Source: Adineta vaga (taxonomy: Eukaryota > Animalia > Rotifera). Taken from it: DNA of 64,000 nt. The position numbers and the translations under genes are program-made. The notes beneath the pieces are model-generated. The model made no database searches. It had not been told where the DNA came from and saw only the letters and a list, made by a program, of their open reading frames with translations. Positions 13,979 to 24,300 of this stretch are shown here, in pieces. The stretch lies in NCBI GenBank assembly GCA_021613535.1, contig CP075497.1:3720001-3784000 (forward strand). Reading direction: 5' to 3'. The first letter of the stretch is position 1, and the number at the start of each line of letters is the position of its first letter.

Positions 13979-14642
13979 TGCTTTGCTACTTATAATGTGA
14001 ATATTGTGATCTTTAGTTATTTGAAAGCTATCAGTGATTGACTGATGAAAACCTGGCCATTATATCGGTCTCTATGCTCTTGCTAGATGTGTTTTTTTGT
14101 TTCTGATTATGTTTGTGTTGGAGAATGCCTTTTTTTCTTTTGCTGTATTTATGTTCCTTCTAAAATTACAAGTTTTAAAAGCAAACATTCATTCGCAATC
14201 AGTGTAGAAAGAAAAAATCCAACGAGATATTGTTTTAACAATTGACAGTCATCGAAATAGTCGGCCAAAATGGATGTTTTTATTTATTCTGTCTTCAATC
14301 ACACTCGATCGATACATTTTCCAATAGATTTATTCAACAATTTTCGGTATAGTTTCGATCTCCCTATTTAATTATCTCGTCTGATCGTATTGAGGGTATC
14401 ACAAGCTAATGAATAGTTGAACGATAATGAATAAAGGCAATGCTTAGATATTTAGTTTCACGAAAAAGAGAAATCGTATGGATAATTTTTACTGCTATTG
14501 TGTATATATTTATTTGAGTGCAATATTCCTTTTTTTTTAGTAAAGACATTAGATGAGTAATCAATTGAAAATAGAAGAAGCAAAAATAATAGTACAATAA
14601 CATCCAGTTTCTAAGCAGTATAAACAGTGAAGAATTGAAATA

Positions 14643-17302
14643 TTAGCCACATGAGCCTCCTCCACAACCAGCAGCTTTCAATAATGTTGTTTCCGATTCT
14701 TTTGTAACTGTTAAAACAGTAAATTCTTCAGCTGCAGTTGGATGAATACCAACGAGATCATCAAATTGTTGTTTGGTTGCACCCATCATAATTGCTAGAG
14801 CAAAACCTTGAGCAACTTCACCAGCATTTGGTCCCATAAAATGAAGTCCAACAACACGATCATTTTGACTTTTATCACAAATTAATTTTGCTAAACAATT
14901 TGCTTTATAAAAGACTTCAGCTTTTTCTAACTCTTGTTCATCTTGTAATTGTAATTGTTCACCGGTGACACCTTCGATTATCGTTTTTTCTTCATTTTGA
15001 ATTTCAATATCATATGTTATTTTCTTGTCTGCTTTTTCATTTTGATATTTTTTAACAATACGTGCTGCTGTACGTTTTTGTCCACCAACATCATCATTGA
15101 AAAGAACATAATTAGAATTTTCTAAATCATAGGTTACTTCAGGCCAATCAACATTATTTTTTAAAGCATATCGTTGTGCCCAAGAATTTTTTCCCACAAA
15201 ACATTCACTACGTGGTGCTTTTAAATGTGGATGTATGGGTGAAATTTCTAGATTACCAAATCGTGACCAATAAATTCGAACATTTTCAGCACCGATACCA
15301 CCATCTAAGCGAAAAATATTGGGAATCAGATCTAGGAAAGATTGCAAGCAAACCTTCGCGTGAACGCATTGCTTGTTCTTCATGAAGACCAACGAAACTA
15401 TATTCTGATGGACTTGTAAATACAGTTGATGGAATAGTTCGATAGTTCATCAATTGATTCGAGAGATTCCATATACGTCGAGCAAGAAATTGTCCGGCTT
15501 GAATAGCAACAGGTGTTAATTCAGGTCTTTCAATGGTAACTTGAGCTTGATATTTCAGATCTTTGCCATGATGAATAACACCTAGAAGCAAAAACAAGAC
15601 AAATTGATAGATCTTTATTAATGATAATCTGAGGGTAAAAGATGAAATAAGAATGAACTTTTCGTTCTTTACCAGTTGCAACATCACCAAGAGCATAGAT
15701 ATGTGAGATGTTTGTTTGTTCATTTTCATCGACAAGAACTTTTCCATTAACAACATGAACACCAATTTTATCGAGACCAAGCTCTGCAATATTCGCTGTT
15801 CTACCAATAGCTAATAAAACTAAAACAAAAATATACGTATGATAGTATAGAATTCTCGTTCGAAAAAATTCTCTTTTCTACTTGTGTCAAAACTTTCGGA
15901 ATGAATTTTTCCTTTTCGTTGATCAGCATATTCATATTTGATTTCAGTTTCTCCTTTTGGTTGAATCCAAGTTATTTTTCCATCAGGATGACGAACTTCA
16001 ATAACTCCTGATTCATATAAATACTGTTCATTTCCTTTGGCATCTTTGCCATGTTCCCAAACACCGGGTCGAATTTCCTGAGCATTTTCTACTTTATTCG
16101 GTTTTTGTACAGCTGAAAATGAACGTGGATTTGCTGGCATGATAAATTTAACTCCATCACGTTCCATTAATTCACATATCATTTCACCACATTGATGATC
16201 CATGGTACGTAATGGTCTTGAACGTATCATGACAGTCACATCATTACCGAGATGATGAAGGAATGATGCACATTCAAGGGCAATATAACCAGCGCCAATT
16301 ATCAGTGTTTTACCGGGATTCTTTTTTAACCAGAAAATATCATCTGAACTAATACATAGTTCTCTACCAGGAAAATCACCATAAGTTGGACGACCACCAG
16401 TTGCGATAATTGCTTTCTCAAATGTTAATCGACCACTTTTTGTTAGACTCTAATGAAGGAAACGATGAATACGGAATGAATTGAATTTATACAAAAAAAT
16501 TACCTTCCATTCTATAGTATGATCATCGAGAAATCGAGCTAAACCATCTAAATATGTTACATTAGCTGATCGAAGTTGTACTTTATAAGAAAAGTTCAAA
16601 GATTTTATATAATTCCCAATTAATGTTTGCATTGTTGCCCAATCATGTTTTCCATTATCAACATTTTGCCAACCAAATTCAGCTGCATCACGATGAAGTA
16701 TATTACCAATACCACCAGCGTAATGCATCAATTTTTTTGGAATACACTCAAAATAGAGAAAAACGTTCAAATCGTTTGAATTCACTCATGAGAAAATATT
16801 ACTTACACCAACATTAACACATGTACCTTAAGAACACGAAAAAAATAAGAAGAAATTAAAAACCAATGAAAAGATATTATTTACCACCGAGACCCCATTT
16901 TGTACCATGATATGTAGGAGTTACAAAATCAAAGCAAGCTACCTTAAATTTCGAATTAATGTTGAGAAAAATAGAATCATTCATAGAGCAAAGAACAAGA
17001 TTACCTTGGCATTTTTATTCAGTTTTGCTGCTTCTTTCGCTGCGGCCAGACCTAAAAATAACATCGATCCTTGAGAGATTTCATTTGATTTTGTTCATTT
17101 TACCTCCGGAACCACCGCCAACAACAACAAGATCATAATCATAATGAGGAAGATGTTGTGGAGAATATGATCTTCTATTGTTCGATGTTGGTCGTGCTGA
17201 TGAAACTCTTTGACTATTTCCCGATGTTCCTTGCATAATAGAAAAACGCGGAGCTGGTACAAATATAACTTTGGTGTGAATAATACGAAGAGCGCGTAAC
17301 AT
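14643..17302 (-). CDS. TXNRD: High-Mr thioredoxin reductase with C-terminal CxxxxC redox centre; possible mitochondrial presequence; 9 exons
   Basis: [14 protein letters not shown] (FAD binding), [20 protein letters not shown] (active site), [55 protein letters not shown]-terminus [10 protein letters not shown]. Eight GT-AG introns join in frame. The N-terminus is Arg-rich and acid-free. Confidence 0.92.
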
Positions 17303-17723
17303 ACAATAACAATTTACTTCGAGAAAAATATTTTCTTTTTATACTTCCGTAATCTAGAAGAGAGAAACCAGAGAAAAAAAAATGTTAGATTAATCATGAA
17401 GAATCATGTCAGTGTCAATCATAACCAGAATTCAAGAAAAAAAAGGAAGAGAATGAAGATTCATTTGTTTAGACAGGAAGTAAGACAAACACCTGCTTGA
17501 TTTCATACTTGTACACAAAAATAATGAACAAATATGTCCTCAACGTTCTAAAATAATTACGTCATCTATCCTCTAACATTATCTTTCGTATATATACAGA
17601 CAAAAGGAAAGAATCGTTTACAACAAACATGCAACGTCATCATGAATGTGTGTGTTTATTTTGTTAAATAGAAAAAAACGTCACATTGTATGTATGCTTC
17701 TTTTTTTTGTATACGAACTTCTC

Positions 17724-18023
17724 TTATCGACCAGTTGACGTTGTTGTTGCACGAAATAATGAACGATATTGTGGATCGGATTTAATTCGATCAATTTCAC
17801 GTTGTAATTCAACTTGAGCTTGAGGACAATCTTTGAGATTAATCACCTTATATATCAAATAAAATAACGAATAAAAACCAAATAAAACAAGGCCAAGAAA
17901 TGGAACAATGATAATAAATCGATGTAAAAATCCTGGTAAACTTATTGGGAAAAGACCGACGAGGACGAGAAACCAAAGAATTAAAACACCAATACATATG
18001 GGTAGAATAGTTTTCGGATTCAT
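17724..18023 (-). CDS. DPM3: Dolichol-phosphate mannosyltransferase subunit 3
   Basis: 99 aa with two hydrophobic segments, P..LVLFG.YSL..L.Y.V...DCPQAQVELQREI, matching the DPM3 signature DC.EA..EL..EI. Confidence 0.85.
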   Translation of the reverse strand: MNPKTILPICIGVLILWFLVLVGLFPISLPGFLHRFIIIVPFLGLVLFGFYSLFYLIYKVINLKDCPQAQVELQREIDRIKSDPQYRSLFRATTTSTGR

Positions 18024-18348
18024 GATCTAAAATAAGAAGAGTTTAAGGTTTCTATTTACAATAAATAAGCACATTAGCATCAATAAAGTTGGTAATTTAT
18101 TTTCGTATGAGAAAGAATAATAACGGAAAGAAAAAGAAAGAAGAGAACAAAAAAGAGAGATTGGTTTTTTTTAAACATTGCAGTATTGTTAACAAAGAAG
18201 AAAAGATGTAAACTAATAAACTGTTCTTTGGTTTAACGGAAAGGAAAAAAAGAAGAAAAATATCGAAATATTTTGGCACATTGTTATGTTCAAATCAACA
18301 AAATAAACTTAGAATAAATAATTGATGAGAAATTTCGGTTCTTTTTCT

Positions 18349-21300
18349 TTATATCCAAGATTCAACAAAATCTTCCAATACACTCGTTTCAATTTCACTC
18401 ATTGTTTCTTCTTTTATCGAATTGATCGACGAAGAATCCGATTTTTTATATGATGAAGTATGATTAAGAGATTTATTTTTCTTTTTCGATGAATCTTTCG
18501 TTTTTGATAATGATATTTGTTTGCTTAAAGGATGTGAATTTGTTTGTAATGAATGTTGATAATGATGATGATCATATGTATGCATACGTGTTAAGCAATT
18601 AAAAAATGGATATAATTCAACAATGTGTGTTATTGTACGTAAACGAAGTAATGGACGTGTTGAATTTTTTATGAGTGGAAGACGATCACGTATCGATGTT
18701 GACATTGATTGTAATTTTCTTTCAAGAAGTTTATTTAAACGAATAGAAAATGCGATAAATGTATCGAGAGGTGTTTTACGATCAGTTATATCTTCATCAG
18801 TAACAAATGCTGAACGAAAACTAAATGAAAACAAACAAATGAATATATTCATTCGATAAATAGAAAATAAACATACAGTTGAAAATGATGTAATTCTGTA
18901 TAGGGCATTGCTAATAGTACATCAAGTAATTTACATGCGTATAAGTACATTTTTAAAGCTGGATTAGCACTTGTTACATTTGTGGTAGTTAAATCATTTG
19001 TTACCATTCGTTGAACATGTGATCTAAAATAAATTCATGTAAATCGTTTATTTTCTGTTTGGTTAAAAAAAACGTTTTCTCTTACTTTGTTTCACCTTCT
19101 AAATCTGATAAAAGATCTTGTTCAAGTTGTAATAAAACTTGAATAAGTTCAGCCATTATTATTGGCCAAAGAGAAATTAAATTTTTCGTCGAGATTCTCA
19201 ATAATAATACACGTAAAAATAAAAATATTTGCGTATGTAAAATTGGTACTTGTGGTAATTTTAATAGATCAGCAATACGTTCAAGTATTTCAGGTAATTG
19301 TCGATTATATTGATCTTTCCCTGATGCATAGATAACAAAAGCAAATCGTTTAACTAACATTGCACGTTGTTCATATTCATGTTCTTTGGAAACAAATAAA
19401 CCTGTTTGAACGGTATTGATTTTTGTCATGACATCACGAAATGATGTTGGTCGTTCATTTGTTATCAGATTATCGACAATAACTTTCCATGAACGTAGTG
19501 CTGTAATATCCAATTGAAAAAAAGCGATGTCAAATAATTGTTCAAATGCTTCTTTTTTCCAAGCTTTGCGTATATAAGAATATTGAGAAATACTCATTAA
19601 TAGAGATGATGCTGCCCGATAGGATGGTGCATTTGCTGCAACATGTGTACGTACGTATGGCATAACATTAGGAACAAGATTTTGTAGATATGGTAGAACA
19701 ACACGATCTTTTTCATCGGTTCGATTATAAACTATATCAAGTAAAGTTGCAGCATGTTCCGCAAGGACAGATAGAGCAAGTAAACTATAATTTCCAATGG
19801 TAGTTTGATCTGCAGTATTGATCGCTTGTGCAACAACTAATTTGTAAATAAATGAAAAAGAGAAGTAATAAAGTCTTATTTTTGTACAAAACAACATTAG
19901 GTGAGGATTTTCTTTTCATTAATTTAAAAGTGATAGAATTAGTAAAGAAAACGATTATCTGTCATGTATAGTATTCTTATTTTTTCAACTAATACACATT
20001 TCACTAAATTTTCCATTAGTTTAATTAGTATATTTCCAGAAAGCGAATACCTCTCTGTGTCGCATTCAAAATACTTTGTGGAACAATTTTAGTTGAAAAT
20101 TTGTCGAGTATATCAACTACCGTCATAAACTTATCACGTGCTAAAGATATTTTATAGTTTTCTCATTTGTTTGTTTTTTTTAAATCTTCTTTCATGATAT
20201 TTAACTAACCATCAAAATCTGCTGGATCGTCACCGGGATTATTTCCAGTTTCATTCGATGAAGTCAAACCGGCTGTAGTCGTTTGACTTCCCGATGAACC
20301 ACTTTTAGTTGATTGAGCATCAGCTTGTGCGACACGAACTTGTAAATTCTTTCGTAACCAAGTTGTTTGTTCAAGTGATGAAGCAACAATAGTATTGCAA
20401 TTATCTAGAACTCTCATTGTAATATCCTAATGGAAATCAGACATATAGACACATTTGTTTTTTGAAAAACAAAATCTTTACTTGTAAATCTCTTGAATCT
20501 TTTCGTTCACCTACTGATGGTGATTGTTTGATATAGAAACTTAAAATTCTACAAACACAAAACATAATTATTTTGAATCGGAATGATTCTATTCAATTCG
20601 TTCATACCTAATCATTAAAAATGTTGCAGGTGGTGATATTGCTTGTGATAAACATTCTTTAAACATAAATGCCATTGTTGGCCAACAATCGACAGAGAGA
20701 TTCTTTTGATGTTGTAAATATGCTAAGAGAAATTGTAGACACCAAACATCATAATTTTGTTTTTTCTAAAGAAAATAATTCATATAGGAATGATTGAATA
20801 CGAAATAAAAGAATAAAGCTTTAGAAAAATAATCCATTAAATCAAAGAAGAGAATGATAAATATGTATATATATATGTATGAGTATACCCATGGTTTTTG
20901 TAAAACTGTCACATTATACAATGCCGATAACTGTAAAAACTAATCAGAGCTTCTTATTGATTCGACTTTCTTTCTGACCCAACTTACTTTATCTCTTGCT
21001 GTTAATTGAGTTCGAATCAATTCATTCATATTTGGTATCATATCATTAATTGTATATCCATTGATATTCATAACAATATCAATTAAAGCTTGTGTTTCTC
21101 CAATATTATCTCTTGGCATTGTTAAAATAGTTGTTCGTGATGATGTTTCTACTGTTGATTGTGTAACTGGTGTTTTTTGTGATGTTCGTTGTTGACGTTT
21201 TCGTTCACCCCAACATTGAGCAACAGCACCAATGAATGCAACACCATTGGATTTTGTTAATGACGCAAGAAAATCAAGAATAGTTTGACGAATTTGTTTA

Positions 21301-24300
21301 ACATTATGAATAGGCCAAAGATGATTTGTAGTTTGATGAATTGGTAATGATGTTAGAATTGTTTGATCAATTGTATTATCAAATAGAAATGATTCAGAAA
21401 TCGTTTTCCAAATGAATAAAAGACTTGAAAGTATTGATGGAAGTTGAGTTAGAATTGATTGACGTGCATCAGATAGATCACGTTCATTGATTGTAATCTA
21501 GAATGAAAATAAATCGATAGAATAAACTTCAATAAGATAAGTGAAGCATTTACAGTTTTCATCCAATGTTGTGGACTAAGTGTTTGACTTGAAAATTGAC
21601 CATAACTAAGAGAATTACCATGAATACAATAATTACATATATAAGATAGACGTTGAATTAAATGTACGATATATTCCATAACATCAAAATAAGGTAAATG
21701 TCTAAATAAATCAAATTTCTATGTTAAATTATGATATTTAAAAGATTTAATTTTTACTTGAACTTGATTTTATTGCCTTGTTGTTGCTGTTGACTATGTG
21801 CTTGAACAACAAAACATAAATTTCGACAAATTTGTTCAATAACCAAACTACTAATTGATTTTAATGATGAACCACAGTGCGGCAACACTCGTACGACTAA
21901 ACTGATAATATATCGATGATTTTCAATGAAATCAATTTGTTTTAAATATTGTAATATTGATGAAAGAAAGAGACTTTGATTAACAATCGGTTGATTTTCA
22001 ATGTATCGTAAAGAATTCGTTGATGTATTAACTTGAGTATTTTTTGTTATTAAATTAATAAAATCTAAATCAGGTTGTTGACGAAATTGAAATAATGATA
22101 AATTTGAATATTCAGTGGACTTTAATTGAACATTATTTGAAGTCATAGAAGCAAGAATATTTGAAGCAAATGTTTGAATTGGTGTTTGATTAGTCGTTAG
22201 ATCATGTCGATGTTGATAATATTGAAGAATATTTTCTAATAAAATCATTTCTTCTAATAATTCAACTAATTCTCTTAAATATTGTCGTGTTAATTCATCA
22301 TAAATTGATTCAATATTATAATCATAAATTGATTTTGTTAAAGTTTTACTTTTAGTAAATCGTATTTTATGATTTACTTTTTCAATGATTGTATTAAATA
22401 AATGTAGAATTGTTTTTTGAAAAGATAATTTTTGAAATAAATCATAGATATAATTGATTAATTGTAGATTAGTATGAATATTTTCCATACAAATATAAGA
22501 TAAATCATGACAGATACGTTTTAATAATGTTAATGAACGTATATGAACTTTCCGATTGCCTTGCATGTCATGCATATTCAAACGATGTTCAAACGATTTC
22601 GAATAATAACTTCGTGTATAAATCAAAAGAATATTAATTAATGTATACAAATAAGATTGATGTTGGTTCATTGATAAAGTTTCTAAGGATGAATAGAAAT
22701 TTTTTCCTTCAATAGCACGACGATGTCTTGAGGAAAGTTCATGTAAACGTGTATTATGCATATTAATTGGTGATGTTTGAATATTTGTTGTGATTAATAA
22801 TGTATGAATTAGTTGTTGAGGAATGAGATCAATTAAACTTTCAATAATATTCAAAGCAAATGTCACACGATTGTAATCATAAGGTTGACTGTATAATAGA
22901 AAATATGCGAGATGAAAATCAAGTTTTTTCGAACGATCAATTGATTCGAGTTTTCTTGTTGAAATATTATTATTTGGAATCGATTCCAATTCATTTAGAG
23001 ATTTTAATGGACTTGATGATTGTTCGGATATACCATCAATTGTTACAGCATGTGGAATTGGACCGACTGAATGTGGACGACGATTATTGATACTATTATT
23101 ATTCAATGCTGTATTGATTAATTGTGTATCATTGAGTGAATCTGTTTCATTCGATGTTTCTTCATAAAGTGATGTATGCATTTGTGGAATATTAGTTGTA
23201 CTACTCTTTGTACTATTCGATTCAATTCCACTATTATTTCGACTAAAAACTGTTGGCAATGTAGGCGCACGTCGTTTGACAATTTTTGATGATGTAGAAA
23301 TCGTGGGTGAAACAGATCGACTGTTAGAAAGACTTGGTTGAGAAAGACTTAATGCAGTAGGTGGTTTCATTGAATTCGATTTCGTAGGTTGAGGTGATGA
23401 TTGTTTTAAATGATAGACAACTTCACCGGTATCCGTACAACTTATTGCACATATCTAATGAAATAGAAAAATAAGAATATCAAAAAAAGATTTTCTCTCG
23501 TCTTACTCGTTTTTCTTCATCACTTTCTTCTTGTTCACCATCATCATCATTATCATAATTTTCATCCTCTTCATCGTCATCATTATCATCATTTTCTTCT
23601 ATATCATCGTCATCAATTAAAATTGAAAATGTAATTTCATTAATATCTCCAACACTCATATCATCTGTATCATTACTAATAGTACTTTCTTGAGCTTGAT
23701 AATTCGTATTTGTTGAAACTTGATCAATCGAATTCAATTGTCGACTAAGAAAATATTCACGATGAGCTGTTGGATGAAGTTTTTGTATACTAATACGTGC
23801 TGTATCAGGATGTAATAACATTATAAGAATAATATCAAAGATTCGATACATATCTCCTAGAAAAGAAAAAAATTTCAGTTTTTTTCAAAATTAAATTGAA
23901 ATTATTTTACTATGAATAAAACAATCGTATGTCCATTGTTGTACAATTGATTTTAAACAATGATTATTCGATTCATTTAATATACTTATAACAATAAGTA
24001 AACTACGTTCAAATGTTTTTGTTAAATGTCCATATGTGACAATCGATATGTCACGAGTTGAATTCCATAATTTAAAGAATCGTTTATATGCATCAATAAG
24101 TATTAATTCATTTTCATATTGTTGCATATGTGTAGAAGATAATTGATTACAAATTAGATCTTCACAATCACAATTGGGTAACATTGAATGAAGCATTGAT
24201 AAAATTCGAGAGGCTTTTAAATTATACTGTCGTTCATATTTATCACTTAGATATTCCCATAGATACGCAGTTATATGTTGAAAGAAAAGTGTTTCATTGA

